A stretch of 64,000 bases of DNA from Octopus vulgaris (GCA_951406725.2 OX597816.1:150536001-150600000); one strand, 5' to 3'. Positions 52,245 through 64,000 are shown, counted from the stretch's first letter. Notes: generated by a model not told the origin, from the sequence alone. Program-made: numbers and translations.

Positions 52245-55200
52245 AACATACCAAGTCTGCGGGTGGTGCAAAGTCCCTTCCAGACCTAGAGTTATGTGGT
52301 GGTAGAATAGTATGGTAGACAAAGCCATTAGAGCAAAGAAACAGGCCTGGAAAGCCTGGAAGGGTGGGGGTAGCAGGGAACTGTACCAGGTAGCCAAAAG
52401 GGAGGCTGGGTGGCAGGTATACATAGCCAAGGGCAAAGCGGAAAAGAAGAATATTGGCAATGTCTAGCAACATGAGGACCAAAGGACTGAAGCATTTCGG
52501 ATTGCAAGACAGTGTGTGAGAGAAAATTGTGATGTCACAAGAGAGAAATGTGTCCACATGGATGATGGTGCACTTGCTTTTAATGATTCTGAAAAGAAAG
52601 AGGCTTGGAGAAGCCATAATGAAAGACTACTGAATGTGGAGAATGAATGGGAGGAGGAGAGTCTGCCAAATGTTGACCCAGTAGAGGGACCAGCTATCCG
52701 AATAGACAGCTCCCTGGTAGATAAAGCAATTAAGGGTATAAAGCCAGGAAAAGCCCCCGGCCTGTCCGGAATCACTGCTGAGATGCTTAAAATATCTGAT
52801 GGTGTCAGCTATGGCTTAATCACTTGCATTGTAAACCATTGTAAACCAGGCGCAATGGCCCAGTGGTTAGGGCAGCGGACTCGCGGTTGTAGGATCGCGG
52901 TTTCGATTCCCAGACCGGGCGTTGTGAGTGTTTATTGAGCGAAAACACCTAAAGCTCCACGAGGCTCCAGCAGGGATGGTGGTGATCCCTGCTGTACTCT
53001 TTCACCACAACTTTCTCTCATTCTTACTTCCTGTTTCTGTTGTACCTGTATTTCAAAGGGCCGGCCTTGTCACTCTCTGTGTCACGCTGAATATTCCCGA
53101 GAACTGCGTTAAGGGTACATGTGTCTGTGGAGTGCTCAGCCACTTACACGTTAATTTCACGAGCAGGCTGTTCCGTTGATCGGATCAACCGGAACCCTCG
53201 TCGTCGTAACCGACAGAGTGCTTCCATCCATCCAAACCAGGTAGTTCATGATGGAGTCATACCCAACGACTGGCGTAGCAGCACCCTATTCAACTGCTAC
53301 AAAGGTAAAGGTGATACTCTAGATAGAAATAACCACAGGGGTATCAAACTGCTGGATCAGGTGATGAAGGTCATGGAGAGGGTCATAGTCCATCTCATTA
53401 AGGAGAGAATTTGCTTAGATGAGATGCAGTTCAGTTTTGTGCCAGGTAGAAGCACCAATGATGCCATATTCCTGGTTCAACAACTGCAGGAGAAATACTT
53501 AGCTAAAGATAAACCCCTATACTTAGGTTTTGTGGACTTGGAGAAAGCCTTTGACAGGGTCCCCCGATCCCTTATTTGGTGGGCAATGTGGAAACTGGAG
53601 ATTGAAAAATGGTTAATAAGGGCTGTACAGGCCCTATACAGAGAGGCCATTAGTAAGGTTAGGATTATCAAAGAGTATAGTGAAGAATTCCGAGTAGAAG
53701 TAGGGGTCCACCAAGGTTCAGCCCTCAGTCCCCTTTTATTCATCATTGTCCTCCAGGCAATAACAGAGGAATTCAAGATGGGTTGCCCCTGGAAGCTCCT
53801 CTATGCTGATGACCTGGCCCTCATAACAGAATCACTACCAGAACTAGAAAAGAGAAATTTCATGTGTGGAAGCAAGGTTTAGAATCAAAAGGCCTTAGAG
53901 TCAATATAGCAAAGACCAAAGTTCTAGTAAGTAGGAAGGCGAACTCATCACTCACCCACTCAGGTATGTGGTCCTGCTCAATCTGTAGAAAAGGTGTAGG
54001 TAGAAACTCCATACGATGTAACCAGTGTAAGCTATGAACACAGATGCAGCAATATCAAAAGAAGATTAACCGAGAAGATAGCTTTCGTGTGCGGCAGATG
54101 CACAAGGGTAATAGACACCACAGATGCTCAGAAAACAGATTCCATCACACTCCAGGGGTAGAAACTAGAAGTAGTTGATAGCTTCTGCTACCTAGGTGAC
54201 CAAGTTAGTAGTGGGGGTGGATGCTCAGAGAGTGTTACCACTAGAATAAGAATAGCCTAGGTAAAGTTTAGAAAGCTTCTACCCCTACTGGTGACAAAGG
54301 GTCTCTTGCTCAGAGTGAAAGGTAGATTGTATGATGCATGTGTGCTACTGCCATGCTTCACGGCAGTGAAACATGGCTTGTGACTGCAGAGGACATGCAT
54401 AGGCTCAAAAGAAATGAAGCTAGCATGATCTGCTGGATGTGTAATGTCAGTGTGCACACATGACAGAGTGTAAGCGCCCTGAGAGAAATGCTGGACGTAA
54501 GAAGCATTGGATGTGGCTTGCAAGAGAGATGTTTGCGCTGGTATGGTCATGTACTACGGATGGATGAGGAGAGATGTGTGAAGAAGCGCTACTCCCAAAC
54601 AGTTGAAGGAATCTGGGATTGAGGTAGACCCAGGAAGACATGGGATGAGGTGGTCAAGCATAACCTTCAAACATTGGGCCTCACAGAGGCAACGAGGAAA
54701 GACCGAGAACTCTGGAGATATGCTGTGACTGCGAAGACCCGACAAATAAAATGAGTTCATGGCTGGATCCTACACCAGCTTCACATAGCCAGCCCCAGCC
54801 CATTCAAAGTACCTTGGATCATAGGACGACCTGCTGTGCTTACCTTGGATCATAGAGTAACCTGCTGTGCTTGAGGAGACCTATTGAGTCAAGTACATCA
54901 ACATCAAAATAAAAATCAAATGGAAATTGTAGATGTGATACCCGTGCCGGTGGCACGTAAAAAGCACCATCCGAACGTGGCCGATGCCAGCACCACCTTG
55001 ACTGGCTTCTATGCCGGCGGCACGTAAAAAGCACCAACTGATCATGGCTGTTGCCAGCCTCCTCTGGCTCCTGTGCTGGTGGCATGTGAAAAACACTCAC
55101 TATATTCACAGAGTGGTTGGCATTAGGAAGGGCATCCAGCTGTAGAAATACTGCCAGATCAGACTGGAGCCTGGTACAGCCTCCTGGCTTCCCAGACCCC

Positions 55201-55260
55201 GGTCAAACCATCCAACCCATGCTAACATGGAAAACAGATGTTAAACGATGATGATGATGA
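52245..55260 (+). mobile_element. RTE-clade LINE, 5'-truncated, same family as 10491-12374, interrupted by a SINE
   Basis: ORFs 52516-52938 and 53121-53882 give KPGKAPGLSGITAEMLK, YKGKGD..DRNNHRGIKLL, FVDLEKAFDRVP, GVHQGSALSPLLF and LLYADDL. Downstream DNA encodes FCYLGDQ and RPRKTW motifs. The 3' end reads catggaaaacagatgttaaacgatgatgatgatga. Confidence 0.95.
52849..53233 (+). mobile_element. Young tRNA-derived SINE inserted in the RTE LINE
   Basis: Head ggcgcaatggcccagtggttagggcagcggactc...ggtttcgattccc has Pol III A/B-box-like motifs and retains CpGs. It has a short (atcc) tail and is flanked by the direct repeat aaaccagg (52843-52850 and 53234-53241). The LINE reading I-V-N-Q-V-V-H resumes after it. 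Confidence 0.9.
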
Positions 55261-55957
55261 GATAGGAAAATTCATTCTTCAAGCTTTATAGAAGTCATGA
55301 ATGTTGGTTGTGGTGGTGATGGTGGTGTTGGGGCAGTGGTGGCTGTGGAGGTGGTGGTTCTGATGGTGGTGGTGAGTTTCTAAGTCTCAAAGGCCTAGGT
55401 GTGTTGGATTTTCAGAGCTTCATGGACATAGATTCTGAAACCTTTGTCTCTAGTGGCAATAAATTTTTATTTTTCAGTGAAGGGAAGTAGAGCCATCCAC
55501 TTTAAGTGATCAACACTTCTGTATACAGCTTTTTTTATTTATACACACAACATGCCCTAATCAACATGGTCTTCTCTCTTGCATGCTACATCTGATTCTT
55601 AAGCGCAAGATATATGTGTGTCTGTACAAACATGCAGGTACACACACACACACACACACAGAACTTATTTCCGTTTCCATCTACCAAATCCATTCAGAAG
55701 ACATTGTTTGGCTTGGGATTATAGTAGACACTTGCCCAAATGTCATACGGTGGGAGTGAATCCAAAATCACATGATCGGGAAGCAAACTTCTTAACCACA
55801 CAGCTATGCCTGCACCAGTACTTATTCTAATGTGCCTGGGGGAATTAAAGACAAAGTTGAGGACATCAGTAAAGTGTTGCAATTAAATGCTACTAGGCAT
55901 TTTATCAGACACTCTACCATTTTGTGACTCCTCACCTACTCCTCTGGAACATTGTAG

Positions 55958-56692
55958 CTCACTTCTGCAGTTTATAGCAGTGCTTGGAAGGAAGGTGTGC
56001 AGCATGTGATCATCACAATAACCATGACAGAGAAAGTTGAACAGAGAATCTGCATCAAATTTTGCCAAAAGCTTAGCGATAGCTGCTCAGAGGCCTACAC
56101 AAAGTTTTCGAAAAGTTTTCATCATTATCAACACAATCAAGGAGATCTTATACAGCTGAAACCCGAGTGTCTTTTTAGTCAGCTGATTGGCAGACACACA
56201 TCTCATACCCAAATCCTCAGTGATAAAGGACTGAACTGAACTGTAACTAATCTGCACATCCTCTGATAACTCATGGATGGTGATTTGATGATTTTCCTTC
56301 ATAGTTGTATGCACATCTGCGATGTTTTTCTCAGTTCTGCTGGTTGCAGGTCTCCCAATATCAACATTTTTTGGCCATCTTGGAAACGTCTGAACCACAT
56401 GTACACCTGTGTGCAGCTCATACACTCCTCTCCATACACTTTCTGCAACTTTGCGTAGGCCTCTGAGCAGGTATCTCCATGGCAACTTTCTCTGTCATGG
56501 TCAATGCAACGATCATACACTACACACCTTCCTTCCAAGCACTGCTGTAAACAGTGGAAGTGGAATAGAACATTAACATTTAGTGCACATGCACAGCAGA
56601 GTTCATGGTCAATTTTTGTCAAGCGGCTTTACTCTGCATGCTTTCACTTCCTTACTATGGCAACAGTCCGGATACTTATTGATCAGGCCTCA
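55958..56692 (-). mobile_element. Rearranged mariner (Tc1/mariner) remnant with transposase N-terminal HTH region
   Basis: The minus strand begins TA|tgaggcctgatcaataagtatccggactg (mariner-like TIR) and encodes DTCSEAYAKLQKVYGEECMSCTQVYMWFRRFQDG...GRPATSRTEKNI...ITIHELSEDVQISYSSVQSFITEDLGMRCVSA. A second copy of the 5' part (MTEKVEQRICIKFCQKL) lies on the plus strand at ~55958-56105. Confidence 0.88.
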
Positions 56693-56908
56693 TATGCATA
56701 TATGGTACAAAAATACAACACAAAGATGAGGTTAAAAAATGAACACAGTGTGTGTGAGTTTGATGCTCAGGAAATGGAAAACAAAGGAAATGTCTTTTAC
56801 ATTTCAAGTATTCACTCTTATTTTGAAAGATAACACAGACAAGGACAGAAAAGGATAGAGAAGGGAGAAATAGAAATATATGTGTATCCAACCATCACAG
56901 TGTATGTG

Positions 56909-56950
<42 letters not shown>

Positions 56951-58499
56951 AATACAGTGTACATTTAAACACATAAGAGATCACCATAACAGGACATCTG
57001 ACCTGCTAGAAGGAGTAGTTAAACTCCAAACCACTATTAGGGATAATTTTGAAAGAGAATGAAAAATAAAAACATTTACCCTCTATTTCCTATATACCAC
57101 TGGTAGCAAAGAAATTTTCTTAATTTTCTTTGCTACCATGGAATTTATCTCTCTCTATATATAGATATTTATGCACACACACATGTATGCATATCTTTCT
57201 TTTATTGTTTACTTATTTCAGACATTTGACACTGTAGCTGTGTGTGTGTGTGTGTGTGTGTGTGTGCATGCTTGTGCACATGTACACACATAACAGCTGT
57301 TTAATATTCACTTTTTCATGCTTGCATGGATTAGATGGAATTCATTGCAGCAGGTTTTCTATTTTCACCTGTTTTGGAGCAAGTTATATTTCTCCATGGC
57401 CAGACATGTTTTTGTAGAGGATTCGAAATAAATAACACCTCTTGAATGATGGTGATGCTGGTTCACAACAATCGCATGATGTCAAGACAAGGAAATACAA
57501 ACACACACACATACACACACTCCACCACACACACACATACCCCATACACACACACATACACACCACATACCATACCCCCACCCATGCACACGTATATCAC
57601 CCACCTACCTACATCATACATACATGCAACAGGTTTCTTTCCATTTTCATCAACCAAATTCCACTCACAAGGCTTTGGTCAGTCCAGGGCTATAGTAGAA
57701 AGCACTAACCCAAGGTACCACATAGTAGAATTGAACCCAAACAGTATGGTTTGAAAGCAAATTTCTTAGCCACACAGCCTTATATATATAACCATACAAA
57801 CATACACACATGCATAATCACATGCAAACATACATGTGTGTAGATAAGTATGTAGAATATAGTGTAGTTAAGTGCTATATTTCATTTGTAGTGTTAATTC
57901 CATGCTCTTCTTTATGTTTAGTCATCTTGACTAAATTTGTGAGCTATCAATTTGTTTTACACAAATAAATTTTCAATGAATTTTAAAAGATGGATCAAAG
58001 TACAATTTTTTAATTAACTAAATTAATATTTTTTTGCTTGTTGTTTTAAATATTTTTCTATTATGAACATTTTAAGAGTACTTAAGAAGAACAATCTCTA
58101 CATAGTTTGTTTTTCCTTTACCATCTAATATTAATGGTCTCAAATCAAAATGGATACAATAATCAAATTAACAACACTTGAGTTGTTTATGCCTCACTGC
58201 TGTCATTTTTTTAAAACTAAACACTAAATTAGACTTAATTCAACTTCCCTATTTTTGACTAGCATCATTTCCTGAAGCAAAATACTTTCTTGTGTACTTA
58301 ATACAACAGAAATTGTAATTAAGCGTTGGCTTTATGAACTAGTTGGTATTAATAAAAAAATTTGTTCTTCTGATCATTCAGAATTGCTAAATGGATGTAA
58401 TATTACCTTTTCACATTTCAGTAATGAGTTCATATCCTGCTGAGGACATTCTAGTTATCTTTTACTTGCCTTAGCTGAGAGACCTTGGCCTCATTCTCT

Positions 58500-58700
58500 G
58501 TCAGTCACGAGGACAAGTGTTTCAGTTGATATGATCAATGGAACAGCTTGCTTGTGAAATTAATGTGCAAGTGGATGAGCAGTCCACAGACACATGCACC
58601 TTAACATAGTTCTCAGAGTGATTCAATGTGACACAGAATGTATCAAGGCTGTCTCCTTGAATTACTGGTACAACTCACTTTTGCCAGCTGAGTGGACTGA
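58500..58700 (-). mobile_element. SINE fragment sharing the 3' module of the 52849-53233 SINE
   Basis: Reverse complement reads tgtgtcacattgaatc..gagaactatgttaaggtgcatgtgtctgtggactgctcatccacttgcacattaatttcacaagcaagctgttccattgatc, matching ~53078-53185. Confidence 0.85.
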
Positions 58701-60233
58701 GAGGAAGGTTACCAAAACTTCTTAGAAAACAATTTGTCATAGACAAGTGTCTTTTTAAAAAAAGAATATGATTCTGATCAAAATAACTCTTCAGAAACTG
58801 GTTATAAAGTCAAATTTGAATCTTTTAGGTTTTAAAAAGAAAACTTTTTTTTCTTTTTTTATATTTTCATTAAGAAACTCATTCACCTAAACCAATCATT
58901 AGGATCTATAGCAGTACTCTGAGAGTAACAAGTCTATGGGTCTTACTTTGAGAATAATCTCATTTATAGACTTCAAATGTGCTGTGCTGTGAAGTCATGG
59001 TCTTCAATCCTTAGTATATGTTTCAAAGAGGTTTAAATCATTGTCTCATACATCCTAGTTCACCTGACTGTAAATACATGCTATATAGTGAGATAGAATT
59101 AATCACTGTAGATGGTTAGGGAACTGTATAGCTTACAAGTGTTTTTATCAATTGACATAATTCTCAAAGATGTTGAGAAGCAACAATCAACCACACCTGC
59201 ATAGCTTTCAGTTCATTGCCTGTAATCATACATTTGTGGATGTCTCTTAAGACAGTTTTTAAAATTAGTTTGCTATAATTAAGTTAAATATCAAACCCAC
59301 TAAACTCATACATTCTAATCTCATAAGAATTATGTTACTTTTTTAATCAAAAAGCAATGTCTTGTGCTTAATTTTCTATCTTGCTAGGGTGGTGGATTGG
59401 CAGATATGTAAGATCATTGGACCAGATGTCTTGTAATATTTGTTCCAACTCTTTGCATTCTGAATTCAAACCTCACTGTAGCTTTCCTGAGTGGTTGACT
59501 CAATCCATCACCTAGTTTAGCATCACCACTTGGCACCTTGGAAGCTTTTAGTGGAGTGCAAGCATTTGGACCAGATCTTTGGTTTGAGGCTATCTCCTCC
59601 CCACTCCCACCAATTACAGAAGCTCTGAAAATAATCTTGGACACCACTTTCCTTCTAGGTTAAAAGATAAAAAAAAATATAAGTTAACTCTTTCCCTCAT
59701 CAAGAAGCAGGTAGATTTTCTGTGTCAGAGGTATATAATTCAGTCCCACTTGTTAATGGCATGTTCATCCACTGCTTATTATGGGGTATTTTGCCACTCA
59801 GTATTCCCTACTCTGAGGTGGGTAAACTTGTATATTAAGAGTAAAGTCTCTTTAAATGGAAACAAATACAACAGCAGTGACACAATATAAAACACGTCTC
59901 TCAGTTGGTGGCTGATATGCTATCAATTTGACCATCAACATTCTCAAAATAATTGTGCATTACCTATTATTGTTTGATAGACAGATCATAGACAATGATT
60001 CAGTGTGTGTAGAGGGTGTAGCTAAAGTCAAAGTTTCATATCCAGTCTGTAGCATTGCAATGTGTCACTTGACCCAGGCATCTGTACTACATTGTAAAGT
60101 TAATGAGAGATTTGTTAGCTTACAGAAATTATTTCAGTACCACCAATAATGTATATTCTTGTGAGTTAAGCACTTAAGCCAGAAATACTGCATAGCACCA
60201 ATGACAGGACATGAACTATCAATTTAGTATATA

Positions 60234-60357
60234 CTAGGTTGAGGAAAAAGTTTGTGTGCTGTGTTAAAATAATGAACTGAATGAACACATGCACCGCAAA
60301 AATATATAAAAAAAACCATTATTTCAACACAGCACACAAACTTTTTCCTCAACCTAA
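60234..60357. mobile_element. Mariner-type MITE (~124 bp, MADE1-like architecture)
   Basis: TIRs of ~40 bp: ctaggttgaggaaaaagtttgtgtgctgtgttaaaataatg and cattatttcaacacagcacacaaactttttcctcaacctaa. TA flanks both sides. Confidence 0.9.
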
Positions 60358-60384
60358 TATATAATGTGTGTGTGTGTGTGTGTG

Positions 60385-61245
60385 CGATCATCATCAATGT
60401 CTATTTTCCAGGAGAGTTGCACCAAGTTCCAGTCTGATCTGGCTTGGTTTCTATGGCTGGATGCCCTTCCTAATGCCAACCATTTTACAGTGTGTGCTGG
60501 GTGCTTTCGATGTGGCATGGCACCACACAAGTGCTTTTATGTGGCATTGGCATAAGTGCTTTTTATGTGGCACTGGCATACAACTCTTGCAGACCTTGGC
60601 ACTTCTGTTGTGGAGGATGGGTCTTCTTGCATATGACAAGGTGCCAGGTATTTCAGTTCTTTCTCATCTCATCTCAAAGGTTCAGCATCTGGAGATCGTC
60701 TTTCACCACTTTGTCCTGTGTCTCCCTCTTCCACATGTTCCATCCACTTTGAGAGATTGGCACTTCTATATGGAGCTGTCAGCATACATCTACATCACAT
60801 GACCAGAACAGTGCAGTTTTCTCTCTTGCACACTGCATCTAATTCCTCTTATATCTAACTTCTCTCTCAATACACCATCGCTGTTGAACGTGTGCACTTA
60901 CATTACACATCCAGCAGAGCATACAAGCCTTGTTTACTTTCTAGCATACACATGTCCTCTGCATTCATGGCCCATGTCTCGCTTCCATTGTAGAATTGTT
61001 CTTCATATACATGCATCATACAATCTTCTTTTCACTTGGTGAGAGAATAGGATAAAGAAAATTCAGATAGGATAAAGAAAATCTTTATCCTATCTGAATT
61101 TTCTTTATCCTATTCTTATTCTAGCTATTACACTTTCAGTACATCCTTCCCCTCTACTAATTTGATCCCCTAGGTAGCAGAAATTATTCACTACCTCTAG
61201 TGAGCCTCCAGGGTATATGAGAAAATTAGTTTCCCAGAGTATCTG
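60385..61245 (-). mobile_element. Decayed RTE-clade LINE 3' fragment
   Basis: Translation GSLEVVNNFCYLGDQISRGEGCTESVIARIRIG matches the equivalent region of the 52-55 kb LINE. The 3' UTR motif ggatgcccttcctaatgccaacc and a (GAT)n tail near 60388 are present. Confidence 0.85.
61044..61116. repeat. Perfect palindrome, 35-bp arms with 3-nt spacer
   Basis: agaataggataaagaaaattcagataggataaaga-aaa-tctttatcctatctgaattttctttatcctattct. Confidence 0.97.
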
Positions 61246-61307
61246 TGGTTTAGAGAGAGAAAGAGAGAGAGAGAGACAGACAGACAGAATGAAAGAAAGA
61301 AAAGGAG

Positions 61308-61344
<37 letters not shown>

Positions 61345-63680
61345 AACAAAAGCTTCTTCCATTGTTGTATCAGAGGAACAGCACATTTTTTTCATGGTAT
61401 ATTTAGGCATGTAGATAAGATCGGATGGGGCCACCACCTCTTCTGAGTATCCACAGATGTTGAACCCAGCACCACAATTACTATTTGCATTGTTATACAT
61501 ACAGACAACTACTAAATATGTGTTATAATGCGTAACATTTTGTCAGATTGCAATAAAATTATGAAGCTTCACTTGGTGCCTATTGCTTTATTGATTTAAC
61601 TATCAGTAACTTTTTTCTTATGAGTATACCAAGATATAATTACTTGAATTAGTATCCTCCACATTCTGGACTCTATGATGGTATATGTTCTGTTTTATCA
61701 GATGGTGAACTTAACTGACCTTTGACTGGTTATATTTCTGCCAAATATATATTCATAGTGATCAGTGATCATTTGTAATTGTATTTGTGTAGTTGTATCT
61801 GTAGATTATATCAACAAACCCTCATGAACTACCAATTTGCATCAAACATGACTTTCCTTTCCCACTTTACTCTAGCTATATTTTAGTATAAAGGAGCTAT
61901 CATATGTCTGCAAAACTGCTGCTTCTTACCACTTACTGCTGCTGATTGATGGGGGAAGTAGTGACACTCACAGCTTACAACATGAAAAATAGCAACAACG
62001 AAAATTCTAAGTCCTCAACTGAATCTGTCCTTCATCAACACTTTATTATTGATTTCTTACATAGGCCCAAGGCATTTGATCAATAGAGTAGGTGAGATGT
62101 TGTGACCTTCAAGCAGTTTTTGAGGCTGTAAATGAAATGATATTACTTTAATTGAAAATTGAAACTGGGTCATACATTCAGCTTTATTTCTCTTGTACCA
62201 TTGAATCAATCACCCAGTTGGATTACTTAGGCCATTGAATAAAGCAAAAATAAAATGATTTCCCTTTTCCTACACCTAAAAACTATCAAGCATTTTTTCA
62301 ATGATTAAATTGCTTCTCTCTTTCATATAGGTTCCATCTAATATATTTACAGTCATAAGATGCTATAGCCATCATAGCAAATAACTACATGCAAGAGTAA
62401 TAATTTCCACAAACCACTATTATGTCTTGCTGATATCCGTTTTATATCATATCAAGAGTTGCTTTGATATGCAAGGGATTTAGCTGTTCTACTTAGGGAA
62501 CCAAATGATTGCTTTAAAACAATAATAGAAGTAGAAACACTAAAATGTTCTACTTTGGAAAAGCATTATAACATTGTGTGCATTGATACTTCAAAGAATT
62601 ACTCTGTTGACTCTGTCAAGGAATTACACAAGATTCTTTGCATTTTGTTATATTTCTGCACTAAGTATTTTGGTCAACATTTTGGATTCATCATAGTTTT
62701 GACCTTTTTTTTTAATTCTATTTCCTAGAATAACTCTAACCACTCTAACCATTGATTCAATGTATAGAAAGCCAAACCAATAGATGAACCTGGCTTTAAA
62801 ATTGAATACTCAACAAAATAGTGCTATTTAAAAAGAGTGTATCCATCCAATATGAAAACATTTAGTACCACCATTTAGCTACCACAGAGTTGTGTTTATC
62901 TCCATCTTTTCTGGTGTTGCTATTATGGTCTTTGCTTCTATAAGGTTTATGACTATATACTACTTTTACTGAAGCTCACCTGCCTCACTTATCTCCCTTC
63001 CTTTTGTTACCCTTATTAAATTTTTGTTTCTAGTCCCAGCTCTAGAAATTTTACCCACAAGTACCTGTAAAAGCTATATGCACTACTTTTCTTCCATAGA
63101 CTAATTAAAAAAAAACTTATTCACTTTTTCCTTTTTCTTGTTTTTTTTCTTTAAATTCTATTTCTTATTAAAACAATCAATCATCCAGACAAAAATTTAT
63201 TTCCATTAAATTCAGTCTGATAACTTGTTTTCTTTTTTGCATCTAACCTTTCAGTTATTCACTTGACGCTAGTATATGCATTTTATATTTGCAACTGCTG
63301 CTGTGGCTGTATCTTTGCTGGGATATTAACATATAAATCTGAACAGAAAGCTTTCACTTGGAATAATTTTTTTTATGTTCCTCTTCTACTATCAATGTAT
63401 AGAATAACTTTTTATTATTTTCATTGGGAGGGTGGATTTTTATCTTTTTATAGAGATTTCACTATTATGTCGTTAAACAAAAATTCTTAACATTGCTTCA
63501 TCCTTTGTTGTTTCTATTATAAGTTCAACATTTACAAATCACCACCTAATTTAGTATAAAATTACCATTTACTCTTCATAGTTTACCAATTTATCTTTCC
63601 AATATTTGATAGTTTACTAGATAAATAGCTGTCATTATTGGCTTTAGTCTTCTTATCCTAACATATTATCTATGTATCTG

Positions 63681-63729
<49 letters not shown>

Positions 63730-63907
63730 GCACACATATACATGTTAAATAATTATTTCTTTTACTTGACTGTTGATGGTGAACAGAGAAATGCTCCCAG
63801 TAAGTAGAGTTTACAAAATGGTTTCAATTCCTCACTGAGCTTTTTCATTTCGGTGGAATCATTAATGACACTGAAAAATCATGAACATCATGCAATTTTT
63901 ACTTCCT

Positions 63908-64000
63908 ATCATCATCATCATTATTTAATGTCCATTTTCCATGCTAGCATGGGTTGGACGGTTTGACCGGGGTCTGGTAAGCCATGGAGGCTGCACCAGG
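63908..64000 (-). mobile_element. 3' end of another RTE LINE or RTE-tailed SINE, running off the window edge
   Basis: atcatcatcatcattatttaatgtccattttccatgctagcatgggttggacggtttgacc closely matches 10491-10552. Confidence 0.85.

Noticed and set aside
52849-52922. tRNA gene
   Set aside because: It is the tRNA-derived head of a SINE, with a body, tail and TSD.
53121-53882. 253-aa ORF as a functional reverse transcriptase or novel fusion gene
   Set aside because: The N-terminus is SINE sequence read through into a broken LINE ORF that frameshifts shortly after YADD.
63254-63490. 75-aa hydrophobic ORF after a CTAAC...TTTCAG acceptor-like site
   Set aside because: No recognisable homology or donor site; T-rich DNA readily gives such ORFs.

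Overview
AT-rich, CpG-depleted animal genomic DNA with no intact protein-coding gene that I can support. The repeat complement points to a coleoid cephalopod, most likely an octopus; that is an inference from repeat sequences I recognise, not from a database search. The window reads as intronic or intergenic DNA. It contains two same-family RTE-clade LINEs in opposite orientation (10.5-12.4 kb minus; 52.2-55.3 kb plus, with a young tRNA-SINE nested inside), two more decayed RTE remnants and a decayed L1/Tx1-type LINE. There are dozens of SINE copies from several families, some in head-to-tail arrays whose orientation flips across the window. DNA transposons are represented by a rearranged mariner remnant, mariner/hAT/TTAA-type MITEs and a small non-autonomous Helitron, and microsatellites are abundant. 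Items the ORF track does not show: a CpG-decayed histone H4 pseudogene (51170-51352), a 154-bp inverted duplication with 5 mismatches (9067-9220/10294-10447), a ~436-bp fold-back palindrome (21547-21982), a perfect 35-bp-arm palindrome (61044-61116), a strand-specific hairpin (8688-8749) and an exon-like segment (29244-29484). I found no evidence for a new gene system; the most coherent theme is a high density of potential dsRNA-forming structure. All comparisons were made by eye, so boundaries of decayed repeats are approximate.
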